Source: Rebecca billardiae RCC1528 (Eukaryota; Protista; Haptophyta). Taken from it: a stretch of 64,000 nucleotides of DNA. Positions 36,931 to 48,477 of this stretch are shown here, piece by piece. The stretch covers positions 992,001-1,056,000 of the forward strand of contig OZ251227.1 of assembly GCA_965240325.2 (NCBI GenBank). The letters are read 5' to 3'. Made by a program: the position numbers and the translations under genes. The stretch's first letter is position 1; each line of letters starts with the position of its first letter. The notes below the pieces were generated by a model. It saw only the letters and a program-made list of their open reading frames with translations, ran no database searches and had not been told where the DNA came from.

Positions 36931-39009
36931 TCACACTTGAGCGACATCGGCAGCAGCCGCGACGGGCGGCACATCAGTGGATGCGGCAGGCGGCCCCTGC
37001 TCGCGCTTCGACTGCGCGCCCCGGCTGGGCATGAGCTCAGTGCCCACGCGCGAGAGCCATGCGACCACGCCGCCACTTCCGGCCATGCGCTGCTTGAGTG
37101 AGCGGAACGCAGCGAACCGAAAGACGATCAGAAAGGCGAACATCACGCCCACCGACAGGCCCGGCGGCGCCCACACGCCGTACCGCTCGATTGCCACTGA
37201 GGCGGGGATCGTCTCGGTGCCCGTGCGGCAGATGGCAGGGAATCCAGTCGGCTCCGTCACGCCGTCGTTGCACGTGTACCCCGGCCCCTGCCCCATTGTG
37301 AGCGCTACGCCCGCCTGCAGCGCGTAGAGCAATGGGTTGATAAGCCCGACCCACGGGAGCGGCGTCTCGTCGAGCGGGACGAAGATGCCTGCACAAATGG
37401 AGCGCCGCGCACGCGCGTGCGGGGTAAGACGCACGGCGCTCGGGCGGACGCGCACGGTGCAGGTTGGCGCAGCAGACCGAAGGTGGTCACAGCCCCTCGC
37501 ACCTGTGAAGAGGAACATGGCGGTGATGAGGAGGAGCGCGACGGTCATCACGCGGGGAGCGGGCACAGACGTCGAGATGAGCAGCGAGAACGACTGGAAG
37601 AGCAGAATGTTCACGGCCACCAGCGCGAGCGTCGCCAGGTACGAGACAAAGGCCGCGTCGATGTTGGCCATCCAGAAGACGATGCTCACGTGCAGCGGCG
37701 GCCAGATCACGTACGGCAGCAGGCTGGCGGTGGACTTGGCGATGTACCACGCGCTCAGCCGGTACGCGCCCACGCCCAGCTCCTTGCGCAGGTGCACCTC
37801 CGACGTGGGCAGGAAGAAGAGCTCGTTCATGAACGGGAAGAAGACCCACTGAATGAGCACCGCAAACACGGCGGTGAACCTCGAGAAGATGTCCACCTCG
37901 TTGTACCCCAGCTGGAACCACATCACGCCGGCGAGCACGCCCGTGCCGCCGTGGAGGTAGAGCTGCTGCCAGTCCCACAGCGCGGCGCGGCGGAGGGCCC
38001 ACTCGCGGGCGAGCAGCACGCGCAGCTGGTACGTCCACGGCTTGACGTACCGCCTCGTGCGGTCCTCCTGAAGCGTGCGCGCGCCGCTGCCGCCGCGCGC
38101 GCCCTGGCCCTCCTTGGCCAGCGCGCGCGCGCGCTCGGCGGTGGACGCAGCGATGCGCGCGGCCTGCGCGGGATCCTTGACCCGCCCGTCGACGCACGTC
38201 GCCATGAAGTGATCCGCCGGGTTGAACGCCGGTGGAAGCGGCAGCCCGAGCTTCTTCTCGAAGAAGGCGGCCGCCTCCTCAGTCGGGCCGGCGTACACGG
38301 CCTCCCCCTGCGACACCAGGTACAGCTGGTCGAACGCGTGGAAGATCTGCGAGGAGGGCTGGTGGATCGACGCGATGATGGTGATGCCACGCTTGCGCGT
38401 GATGTCGCGCAGCACCTCGACCAGGATCTGCGCCATCGACGAGTCGAGCCCGGACGTCGGCTCGTCGAGCAGCATGACGGACGGCTCCACCAGCAGCTCC
38501 TGCGCGATGCACAGCCGCTTGCGCTCGCCGCCCGAGATCCCGCGCAGCATGGCGGAGCCGACGAGCGAGTCGGCGACGCCGTCGAGGCGGAGCATCTTCA
38601 GCGTCTCGTCCACCCGCGCCGTGATCTTCGCCTCGTCCGTGTCCGCCAGCCGCAGCCTGGCGAGGAAGGTGAGCGACTGGCGCACCGTGAGCTCCGCGTA
38701 CACGACGTCGTCCTGCTCGACGAACGCGACGCGCCGCTTGAGCGCCTTGGACCAGGAGAGGCCACCGAACGTCACCTCGCCCTCGGAGGCGGGGGTGCGG
38801 TTCGCCAGCGCGCTCAGCAGGGTGGTCTTGCCTGCCCCGCTCGGCCCCATCAGCGCGGTCAGCTCCCCGCTGCGCGCGACGCCCGACACGCCCCGCAGCG
38901 CGTGCGTGCCGCCGATGCGGACGTGAACGCCGCGCCACTTGACATCCATCTTGCGCAGCGCCCCCGCTGCCTCCTCCGTCGTCAACTCGACCGGTGCGTC
39001 TTTGGCCAT
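36931..39009 (-). CDS. ABCG half transporter (NBD-TMD)
   Basis: GPSGAGKTT, ISGGERKR, LLDEPTSGLD, SIHQPS, then TM domain; in-frame 114-bp intron 37389-37502. Confidence 0.93.
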   Translation of the reverse strand: MAKDAPVELTTEEAAGALRKMDVKWRGVHVRIGGTHALRGVSGVARSGELTALMGPSGAGKTTLLSALANRTPASEGEVTFGGLSWSKALKRRVAFVEQDDVVYAELTVRQSLTFLARLRLADTDEAKITARVDETLKMLRLDGVADSLVGSAMLRGISGGERKRLCIAQELLVEPSVMLLDEPTSGLDSSMAQILVEVLRDITRKRGITIIASIHQPSSQIFHAFDQLYLVSQGEAVYAGPTEEAAAFFEKKLGLPLPPAFNPADHFMATCVDGRVKDPAQAARIAASTAERARALAKEGQGARGGSGARTLQEDRTRRYVKPWTYQLRVLLAREWALRRAALWDWQQLYLHGGTGVLAGVMWFQLGYNEVDIFSRFTAVFAVLIQWVFFPFMNELFFLPTSEVHLRKELGVGAYRLSAWYIAKSTASLLPYVIWPPLHVSIVFWMANIDAAFVSYLATLALVAVNILLFQSFSLLISTSVPAPRVMTVALLLITAMFLFTGARGCDHLRSAAPTCTVRVRPSAVRLTPHARARRSICAGIFVPLDETPLPWVGLINPLLYALQAGVALTMGQGPGYTCNDGVTEPTGFPAICRTGTETIPASVAIERYGVWAPPGLSVGVMFAFLIVFRFAAFRSLKQRMAGSGGVVAWLSRVGTELMPSRGAQSKREQGPPAASTDVPPVAAAADVAQV

Positions 39010-39230
39010 GGCTCTGTGAAGTGCGCTGGGAGGCGAGAGGATGGCCGGGTATCCACGCGCGCCCCGGCTACGACAAAGCCAAACCGGCGGCGGTGAATCT
39101 TCGCGCGAGGCCCCGAGCCGAAAAGCCGAGTCGAAAGGCCGAGCCAGGACTTTCAACTTCTGACTTGCGCGCGGACTCCGGGAGGTCCCGACCGGTCAGC
39201 AGGCCGTCGATCAAAATTGCACTGCGCCCA

Positions 39231-42200
39231 ATGAGCGCGAGGCGAGCGTCGCTGGCCGTCGTCGCGCTCGCGCTCTTCGCTGGCTGCGCGCACGGAGGCG
39301 AGCGGGGTGCGTGGCGCTGGGGACAGAGTTCGGCTTTGCGCGAGTCCGCCGGCAGCGCGTCCTCCGCGCTCGCCGCTCACACCGCCACCGCCGGGCATGC
39401 GCGGAGCGCGGACGAGCGCGTGGACGTGGAGGCGCTGCTGCTCGCGCTGTGGGCGCGGCGCAACGACGCGTCCTTCGTCTCGGAGCTGAGCCGTCAGCTG
39501 ACGCACCTCCTGCGCGAGCCGACGCTCGACCCCGACGTCGAGTTCTTCCTGCCGCAGATCGGCCAGCTGATCGTGTGCCTCCCGAGCACCTCTGTGCACG
39601 CCGCGACGCTCGAGCGGTTCGCGCTGCTCACGTGCGAGCGGAACGTGCACTTCGCGCTGCAGCTGTCGTGGGTTGTGTACGCGCTGCTGGAGGACAACGC
39701 CCCCGGCCAGCCCCGAGCCGACGCGGGCGTGCACGCGCGCTGCGCCCGGCTGCTGTCGCACATCGAGCAGTCTGTGATCTACGGCGCGCGCCTCCGCTAC
39801 TCCAACAGGCGCGAGGCGATGCGCACGCAGCTCGCGCGCGCGGCGCGCGCGATCTCGAGCGCAGCGGCGAGCGCGCACGCGCCCGCCGGGCTCCGGCCGA
39901 CCGACTTCCCGCCCGAGTCCGCCGGGCTGTCGCGCGCTCTGCTTCGCGAGCCGCACGCGCACGGCGGCGCCGAGCACTCCGCGCCGGCCACGGTGGTGGC
40001 AGCTGCGAGCGGTGAGGCGGCGGAGGCGGCGGAGGCGGAGGCGGGCGGAGCGGGCTCGCGCGCGCCTGCTGCGGGCGCAGCTCGCACGCGCGCCGCTGCC
40101 GCCGCCTCGGGCCACGCCGCCTCGGCCCTGCCCGCCGGCAGCGCGGCCACGCGGGCGCTCTCGTCGTCCTCGCTCGAGGCGCGTCGGCTCGCGCGCAGCG
40201 GCGCGGCCGGCGACGCGCCGTTGGGCGCGCCGGCGGAGCAGGGCGGCGAGGGCGTCGACGGCCCTGCGCGCGGTGCGCGTGGCTCAACTCGCCGGCGCGG
40301 CGCGCGCGCCGAGCGCCGGCTGCTCAGCGCGCCCCCCTCGGCGCAGGCCGAGGTGCCGGCCGGCGCCCCGTGCGGGTTTGTGCCTGAGCGATGCGGCGTG
40401 CTGTGGCTGATTGTGGGGAAGCCCTCCGCCTTCTATCTGTCGTCGCTGCTCGGGCTGTCGTCGCACGGGTACTGGCGCCGCGGCGTGTGGCTCGTCGAGT
40501 CGGTGCTGTACTACGGCAGCGCGGCCGAGGTGGAGGCGGCGGCCGCCGAGCCCTCCCGCCAGCCGCTGCGCGCGCGCGGCGCGGTCCCGCTCGCGCACTC
40601 GCGCATCGAGCTGCGCACGAGCAGCCGCGGGTACACGTACGTGTACGTTGGCGCGCGCTACTCCAAGGCGGAGGTGCGGCTGAGGCCGACCGCGTCGGGC
40701 GCCGACGGCGCGCGGCAGCTCACGAGCTGGCTCGCCGCCCTGCGCAACGCCTCGGTGCGCTCGGCGGTGGCGGCGGCGGCGGAGCCCAAGCGAAGCCGGC
40801 GGCCGGCCGCGCTGCGCCGCTGGCTCGCGCGCGCGTGCCCGCTGCGCGCGCTCGGCCGCGCGCTCGGCCGCGCGCGCGCGCGCCTGCGGCGCGGCGCGCG
40901 GCGCGTCGGCCCGCCCTCCGGCGCGCCGGCGGCGGCGCGCCCGGCGCCGCCGCTCGCGCCGCGGCAGCGCGCGCTCTCCGCCGAGCAGCGCCGCTCGTAC
41001 CAGTTCCTGCTCGCGCAGCGCGACCTGGTGCACTCGCTCGTCTCGCTCGCGGAGGAGCTGTACGGGGCGGCCGAGCCGGTGGGGCTGGCGCGGAGGCGGC
41101 TGGGCGCGCTGCCGCTCGCGCCCACGGCGTACATCCCGCTGTGCCGCTCGGTGGACACCTTCGAGCGCCTCGTGCGCATCCCCGCCGAGGAGGCCGTCGT
41201 CTTTGTCACGCAGGCGCGCGCATCCATCATGCTGTACTGCGAGGTGCTGCGCTCGAGGTCGGGCCGGACGGTCGCGCAGCTCTTCGCGCCGAGCGGCGCC
41301 GCCGGCCCGACGCCGCCGCTCGCGGGCGGCGTGGAGCGGCTTGGCGCGCGCGGCGGCGTGCACGCGCAGCCCGCGCCGCCAAAGATCCCGCTCGTGCGCG
41401 CGGGGCACGCGCTCGTGCGCGGCGCCCTGAGCGGCGCGACGCGCGTCGCGGCCGCGACCGCGGCGACGGCGGCGGCGGGCGCGCGCGTGGCCGCCGCCAG
41501 GGCCGCGCCGGCCGTGGACGACGACGCTGACCCAGAGAGAGCCGTGGCGGGCGGCGCGCGCCGCTCGGTCGAGCGGCTCCAGCGCCGGCTGGACGAGCGG
41601 TGGGCGGCGAAGGCGCAGCGGCTCCGCGCGCTCTCGCCGCTGGGTGACTCCTCGCGCTGGCGGCTGCGCTCGATGCTGATCAAGGCCAACGACGACCTGC
41701 GGCAGGAGGCGCTCGTGATGCAGCTGCTGTGCGTGCTCGACCGCGCGTACCCGCGCCCGCTCTGCCTCCGCACGTACCACGTGCTCGCCACGGGCAGCAC
41801 GTGCGGCATGATCGAGACCCTCCCCGACACCAAGTCGCTCGCGCACCTCAAGCGCGGCTGCGCGCCCGGACGCGACTCGCTCGCCGCCATCTTTGAGAGC
41901 CTGTGGGGCCACGACCCGCCCGCGCTGCACGCGGCGCGGCGCGCGTTCCTGCACTCGCTCGCCGCATACTCGGTCGCGTGCCACGTGCTCGCGATCAAGG
42001 ACCGGCACAACGGCAACCTGCTGCTCGCGGCGGACGGCGCCCTCGTGCACATCGACTTTGGCTTCGCGCTCGGCGCCGCGCCCGGCGGCAAGTGCGCGCT
42101 CGAGGCGAAGGTGCCCTTCAAGCTCACCGCGGAGATGGTGGAGGTGCTGGGCGGGCCGGGCTCGCGCCTCTTCACCGTCGAGCTCCCCGAGCTGTGCACG

Positions 42201-42458
42201 CTCGCGATGCGCGCGGCGCGCGCACACGCGGACACCCTGGTCATGCTGGTCGAGACGCTCACGCTCCAGCCGCACCTCAAGTGCCTCGCCGGCGGGGGTG
42301 ACGCCGCGGTGCGCGGCCTGCGCGAGCGGCTGATGCTGGACGTGCCTGACGACGAGCTGCCCGCGCGCATGAAGGAGCTCATCACGACCAGCTACAACGC
42401 GCTCGGCACGGCGGCGTACGACCGGTACCAGCACCTGCGCAACGGCATCCGCTACTGA
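39231..42458 (+). CDS. Phosphatidylinositol 4-kinase (type III beta-like) with PH-like insert
   Basis: Helical-domain motif EFFLPQI; kinase motifs IKANDDLRQE, IKDRHNGN, HIDFGF, PFKLT; C-terminal YDRYQHLRNGIRY. Confidence 0.88.
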   Translation: MSARRASLAVVALALFAGCAHGGERGAWRWGQSSALRESAGSASSALAAHTATAGHARSADERVDVEALLLALWARRNDASFVSELSRQLTHLLREPTLDPDVEFFLPQIGQLIVCLPSTSVHAATLERFALLTCERNVHFALQLSWVVYALLEDNAPGQPRADAGVHARCARLLSHIEQSVIYGARLRYSNRREAMRTQLARAARAISSAAASAHAPAGLRPTDFPPESAGLSRALLREPHAHGGAEHSAPATVVAAASGEAAEAAEAEAGGAGSRAPAAGAARTRAAAAASGHAASALPAGSAATRALSSSSLEARRLARSGAAGDAPLGAPAEQGGEGVDGPARGARGSTRRRGARAERRLLSAPPSAQAEVPAGAPCGFVPERCGVLWLIVGKPSAFYLSSLLGLSSHGYWRRGVWLVESVLYYGSAAEVEAAAAEPSRQPLRARGAVPLAHSRIELRTSSRGYTYVYVGARYSKAEVRLRPTASGADGARQLTSWLAALRNASVRSAVAAAAEPKRSRRPAALRRWLARACPLRALGRALGRARARLRRGARRVGPPSGAPAAARPAPPLAPRQRALSAEQRRSYQFLLAQRDLVHSLVSLAEELYGAAEPVGLARRRLGALPLAPTAYIPLCRSVDTFERLVRIPAEEAVVFVTQARASIMLYCEVLRSRSGRTVAQLFAPSGAAGPTPPLAGGVERLGARGGVHAQPAPPKIPLVRAGHALVRGALSGATRVAAATAATAAAGARVAAARAAPAVDDDADPERAVAGGARRSVERLQRRLDERWAAKAQRLRALSPLGDSSRWRLRSMLIKANDDLRQEALVMQLLCVLDRAYPRPLCLRTYHVLATGSTCGMIETLPDTKSLAHLKRGCAPGRDSLAAIFESLWGHDPPALHAARRAFLHSLAAYSVACHVLAIKDRHNGNLLLAADGALVHIDFGFALGAAPGGKCALEAKVPFKLTAEMVEVLGGPGSRLFTVELPELCTLAMRAARAHADTLVMLVETLTLQPHLKCLAGGGDAAVRGLRERLMLDVPDDELPARMKELITTSYNALGTAAYDRYQHLRNGIRY

Positions 42459-42801
42459 CTGCGCGGAACACGTCCAGGCGCGCAGCATCACTCGTCGTAT
42501 GAGCAGACGTTTTCATTCTACTTTATTTCTAGGCTGCTGCGCATTGATCAGCACGACGACCTTGCACCTGCTCCGACGCACGGCCATGGGCCGTGAAGTG
42601 CGGGGCCGCGCATGCGAAGTGGCGGCGCCGGCGGGCCGACGCGGTCAGCCCGTGGTAACGTGTGCCACTGGCACTGATGAAGCGTCTGACTAGCCTGCCG
42701 GACTTTCCTCAGTTTCGGGTGGCCAGTCGTGTCTGCGTGTGACGTGTGACGAAGAGTTAAGGGGTAGTCGTCGTGTGACGCTGGCCGCCGATTGATGTCT
42801 A

Positions 42802-42827
42802 CTATATCTATCTATATATATATATCG

Positions 42828-42906
<79 letters not shown>

Positions 42907-42945
42907 ATCTATCGATCCGTATCTATCTATCTATCTATCTATCTA

Positions 42946-43010
<65 letters not shown>

Positions 43011-43020
43011 GTCTATCTAT
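42802..43020. repeat. Compound (TA)/(CT)n/(ATCT)n microsatellite
   Basis: Directly visible. Confidence 0.95.
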
Positions 43021-43796
43021 CATACCTGTTAAAGCCGCGACTACCTTATACTGACTACAATACTGTCTGTATCCGTAATAATCCGCGTATCAATGATGAC
43101 TAGCCCGCCGTTATACAATACGTACGGTACGGTAACTACAGTTTACTATGTTTTAACGTGCATGCACTTGCCCTTGGTTAAGGCGTACTACTGACACTAC
43201 TCTAATACCGTTTACTCGGTTTAGTCTGTAGACTCTTAGCAGTAGTCTTAGACCTGTAGAGACTACTGTAGCTAGCTTAGATCGAGTGAGTCTGATATCT
43301 GCTGTAATACTACATGATACACTATACAGTCTGAGTCGGACGACAACCCGGCCGATGGCCGATCAGCCGAGGCGACAGACTCAAATTCAAAACCGGGCGC
43401 CAGCGGGCCGCGGCGCCAGCCGGCCAGCGGCCCCCGCGACTCGACTGTCAGGCACCCCAGTCACTCAGCACGGGGCATCAGCAGAATTTGACAGTAAAGC
43501 TTGTGATGGTCCGTGCCCGACGCGCGGTCTCGGGTCTCAGGGTAGCCTGAGGCGTCGTGTGAGGGGCATCAGCTCGTGGACGCCGATCGGCGACAGCGTG
43601 CGAGCACGACACACTACCGGCACGCTCCAATCACCCACAACACAGCAAAAAACGACGACTCGGCGACTCCTGAGGTGCTGCCGGGCTGAGCGAGCAGGCG
43701 GCAAGTACGTGGCGGCAAGTGCGCGGGCCGAGTGCCTCGCACGTGTGCAACACCGAACACGTGCGCGCCGTGCGCGCTTCGCATGCTCGCTGGCGG

Positions 43797-45363
43797 TCAC
43801 AATGCGGAGCCAGAAGCTGACTGCGCACCTGGTGTGGGCGCGCGCGCTGGCTCTGGCTTGGGCTCAGCCGCATCGTCGCCGCCCGCACCGGCGGGGGGCA
43901 TGGGGTGCGAGATGGCCGTCGCCTCCGCGCACGTCGCCATCGGCTGCTCTGTCGCCGACGCCAGCCTTGCCTTGACCGCCTGCAGCTCGCGCTGCTGCTC
44001 CTTGAACGCCTCCTTGAGGCTGGTCAGAAGGGTCTGCTTCTCCGAGAGCTCCGAGATCAGGTTGAGCTTGTTCTTGTTCCTGCGAAGGGGAAGGGTGGGC
44101 GGGCGTGGGTGGGCATCGCGGGGCGCGCGCAGGTAGGATGCGCTGAGCTCGCGCGGCCTTCGGCACTGGGCGCACGCCCTGCCGCGCGGCGAGGCCCCGC
44201 GGAGCGGCGCGCGCGCGCGCGCACCACTCGCTGAGCGACAGCTTGTGGCTCTCGCGCAGCGCGGTCAACCTCGTCTCCTTCTCCGCCACCTCCTGCCGCA
44301 GCTCGGCGAGCTTCCTCGACTTCTCTGCAAGCGACTGCTGATGCGAGTCACGCAGCGTCTGGATGTACGCGTCCTTGTCCGCAAGGAGCTTGTGTAGCTC
44401 GGCGACAGTACCGGCTCCGGTGCTACCAGGAGGCGGCGGAGGCGTCGCCGCGCTCGTCTCCGCCTCGGCGCCGTCCGCGGCCGCGGGGGCAGGCCTGCCG
44501 TCGGCCGCGCCCGCGTCGCCGCGGCTGACGCTGCCTCCGCCGCCGGTCGAGCCCGCAGCGCCGCCTGCCGCCTCGCGCAGTGCGCTGAGCTCGGCTCGCG
44601 CTGCGCTCAGGCTCTCCTCCTTGCGAGCCAGCTCACGCCGCAGCGAGTCCGCCTCTGCTCGCGCGGCCGCAAGCGCCTCGCCGCCGGCGGAGGAGGACGC
44701 GCCGCCACCTCCGCCCCCGCCGCCTGCGCCGGTTGACGCGCCAGCGGGGGTGCTCGCCATGTCGGCAGCGCCCGCACCAGCCTTGGCTGGCGTGCGCGGC
44801 GTGCGCTGCGCCGACCGATCGCCGTCGAACCGCTGCTCGTCGAAGCGCGAGTCGATGTCTGAGTGATGGTTCCGCACGTCGGCCACGCTGCCTGCGTACC
44901 GAGGACCGCGGCCGCCTTTCGGCTTCCACGAGCCGGCGCCCACCCCTTCCCTCTCACGCTCGCGCTCGCGCTCACGCTCACGCTCACGCTCGCGCTCGCG
45001 CTCGCGCTCGCGATCTGAGCCACGATCCCGCTCACGCTCGCGATCCAGTCCGCGCTCGCGCTCGCGTTCTCGGTCGCGGTCGCGCTCGCGATCGCTGGGG
45101 CGCCAGTCTCTGTCGCGATCGTCGCGGCCGTTCCTCGCGTCCCGGTCGATCTGCCGCCCATTGACGCGTTGGCGGGGCTCGTCGCTCCCGAAGCGCGAGT
45201 CGATGTCCTCCAACTCCGTCGGCGCCGGATGCTTTCGTTTTGCCGTCACGCCAGCTGCGGGCGCATCTTTATCGCTCGAGCTCGCTTTGCGCTTGCGCTC
45301 AGCGGAATCGTCACCGAAGCGCTCGTCGATGTCTGCAGACGCATTGTGCACGCGCCCCGCCAT
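43797..45363 (-). CDS. RE-dipeptide-rich coiled-coil protein; intron 44080-44224
   Basis: (RE)n tract and coiled coil; GT-AG splice restores SEW-NKNKLNLISELSEKQ... to stop at 43797; an acceptor-like cgcag just upstream means further 5' exons are possible. Confidence 0.7.
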
Positions 45364-45647
45364 CACCTGCGCCGGGCACCCGCCCGACCGCAGCGAGCGA
45401 GCTCACACGACACAGCCCGTGGCAGCGCCTGATGACGCTCCCGCGATGCAAGCCACTTGTTCGCCTCGGCGGGCGCGCGGAGATAGCAATCCCGAGTCCG
45501 ACCGGTACTTTACGTCCGGGTAGTTCGGTGGGCCCGGAACTTCATCACTCGTCAGGCACCAGCTCTCCTAACGGTACGGTTAACGCGCTGTCTTTGCGCA
45601 CTCGCGTCGCGCATCGGACATTTCACATTTGGCGCGTGGCCGTCGTG

Positions 45648-47590
45648 ATGTCGACTGCCCAGCAGGACGGGCGCAAGCCCGTGGTGAGCCTGCTCGACTA
45701 CGGCGCCGGGAACGTGCGCTCGGTGCGCAACGCGATCCGCGCGCTCGGTTACGAGGTGGTGGACGTGGAGAAGCCAGAGCAGCTCGCCGCCGCCGCAGTC
45801 CTTGTGTTCCCGGGCGTCGGCAGCTTTGGCGCGTGCATGGCTTTCCTCGCAGAGAAGGGGTTCCTCGAGCCGTTGCGCGAGTACGTGCGCGCGGACAAGC
45901 CATACCTGGGCATCTGCCTTGGCATGCAGACCCTGTTTGAGGGCTCCGAAGAGACCCCCGGTGTGGCTGGGCTCGGCGCACTGCCCGGGATGGTCCGACG
46001 GTTTGAGGCTGGCACAGCGCTTGCCGTGCCGCAGATCGGGTGGAACGGGATCTCGCCGTACAAGCCGTCGCCCGCGCTCGAGGGCGTGGGATCCGAGGAG
46101 TGCGTTTACTTCGTCCACTCCTTCCACGTGCCGCTCCAGCCCGAGCTGCACGAGTGGATCCTCACGACCACGACGTACGGCGTCGACTACGTGTCGGCCG
46201 TGCAGCGCGGCAACGTGATGGCCGCACAGTTCCACCCGGAGAAGTCGGCGAAGGTCGGGCTGCGGATCCTCGACAACTTCTTGAAAGGTGTCGGCTCGCC
46301 GGGCGGCCGCGCCGGCGCGCCGCCCACGCCGCCCCCCACGCCGGTGCGGACCGTGCCGCGCAAGCGCGTCGTCGCGTGCCTCGACGTGCGCACGAACGAC
46401 GCGGGCGACCTCGTCGTGACCAAGGGCGACTCGTACAACGTGCGCGAGGCGGCGGACGACGGCGCGAAGGGCGCGGTGCGCAACCTGGGCAAGCCCGTTG
46501 CGCTCGCCTCGCGCTACTACGCCGAGGGCGCCGACGAGATCACCTTCCTCAACATCACCGGGTTCCGAGACTGCCCCCTCGAAGACTTGCCGATGCTCGA
46601 GCTGCTGGTCGCGGCGAGCGAGAAGCTCTTCGTGCCGCTGTGCGTGGGCGGCGGGATCCGCGACTTCGTGGACTCGAAGGGCGCGAAGCACTCCGCGCTA
46701 GCCGTCGCCTCTGCCTACTTCCGCGCAGGCGCGGACAAGGTTTCCATCGGCTCCGAGGTGAGTCGAGCACCGTGCCGCTGCACACGGCGGGGCGCCTGGC
46801 GCGCGCGCGTGCTGCGCGCGGGCGCCGCCTACGATCGCGAGCTGACGGCACGCCGTGCGACCCCCTCCGGCCGCCGCACGGCCTGCGGCGTCGATGATGC
46901 GCAGGCCGTCCAAGCTGCCAAGGCGTACTGGGCGCGGGGCGCGACGCCCACCCCGTCGGGCGAAGAGCCCTCCTGCATCGAAGCGATTGCGCATGTGTAT
47001 GGCAGGCAGGCTGTGGTCATCTCCGTCGACCCGAGGCGCGTGTGGGTTGCGGACGTGGCGGCGGCTGGGGCGCACGCGCCGGCGTGCGTGACCGAGCCGC
47101 AGGGCGCGCACGGGCCGTCGGGCGAGCACCACTGCTGGTACGAGTGCACGATCAAGGGCGGGCGCGAGGGCTCTGACCTGGACGTGCTGCAGCTCGCGCG
47201 CGCGTGTGAGGCGCTCGGTGCAGGCGAGATTCTGCTCAACTCGATCGACGCGGATGGGCAGAACTCGGGATTCGACATTGCGCTCGTGTCGATGGTGAGG
47301 CGCGCCGTCTCGATCCCCGTGATTGCATCGAGTGGCGCAGGCAAACCCGAGCATTTCTCCCAGGTCTTCGCCCAGGCCGATGTCGAGGTGTGTGCGTCGT
47401 TCCGCGCTCGTCACGTCACGTGCTGCGCCGCGCGCCGAGTGCGCCGCGCCTTACCATGCGTGTGCCGATCCACGCGCCGGCCGATCACCTTCAGGCTGCT
47501 CTGGCCGCGGGCATTTTCCATCGCGAGGAGGTCGCCATTTCTCAAGTGAAGGACCACCTTCGGGAGAGGGGCGTGCCGTACCGGCCATGA
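45648..47590 (+). CDS. HIS7: Bifunctional imidazole glycerol phosphate synthase HisHF; introns 46758-46904 and 47388-47494
   Basis: DYGAGNV, FPGVGSF, GICLGMQ, YFVHS, QFHPEKS (HisH); ACLDVR, VGGGIR, GADKVSIG, GEILLNSID, IASSGAG, ALAAGIFH (HisF). Confidence 0.95.
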
Positions 47591-48477
47591 TGATCTAATC
47601 ACTGAGTGCAGAGTGAGCAAGCTGGAGGCGCATCCCGAGGCACGTGCAGGCGCGCTCGGGGAGAAGGGAGCGCGAGGGCGAGACCACCAGACCAGCTCTG
47701 CCGGCCGGCCCCCGCCACCACCGCGCACCGGCGCACACAGGCGCGCCGCGCACGCTTGTCGGCCGAGGCACTCACCGGTCCACTTGCGCTGGCAGCCCGC
47801 GCCGTCACTGGTCCGAGTCTGCGACGTCGTAGTATATACTATTCAGACAGGACGCGCGTTGGCAGCGCGGACGTGGACGTGGTGCTGCAGCCTGTGATGC
47901 TGCCATCGTCTCACTACTGTACTACTCTCAGAATATATACTCACTACAGTGGGCTGGTCCCACTGGCGGAGCAGAAATTCAAAACTATCTGACGATCGGC
48001 GCGGTCTCAGCGACTCGGAACAAACGGGGTGCGACAGACTAGCGCCGGCGGGGTATGCGCTGGCGTCTGAGCTCACCAGCGCGACTTCAGCAAAGCGCGC
48101 GGACGAAAATCAGCTCTCCGGGAGGGCCCCTGGCCTGCGCGGGGTCGCGGTCGCGGCGCCGGGCGCGGGGATGCTGTCAGCTTCCGAGCCCGTACAGCTC
48201 GTCGCGCGCGCTCGGGGTGCGCGAGGCGACGCGGTACGACGGTGGCGTGGACCACCACCTCACGCCTCGCTGCGTCGTCAGCGTGTACAGCCCACCGCTG
48301 CCACTAGCGCCAATGTGAATGGCACCGTGCTCGGAACAGCTCGATGCGTCGCGCGTCGTCGTTTGCGTCGACTCGTCGCTCGGCCGGAGGTGCAGCTGAC
48401 GCGCTCGCCGAAGCAGCACCGCAGACCCCGCTCGATGGTGTGCGCGGCGTGAAGTTCGCACCGAACGTCTTCTTGTG

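Noticed and set aside
42792-43103. ORFs made of SL/IYLS repeats, and CV/YI repeats at 55048-55315
   Set aside because: Translations of microsatellites.
45240-45647. N-terminal extensions of ORF-finder calls (HisHF from 45240, PI4K from 38994, ABCG from 39156)
   Set aside because: They start at non-ATG codons and overlap divergent genes or promoters; the first in-frame ATG was used instead.
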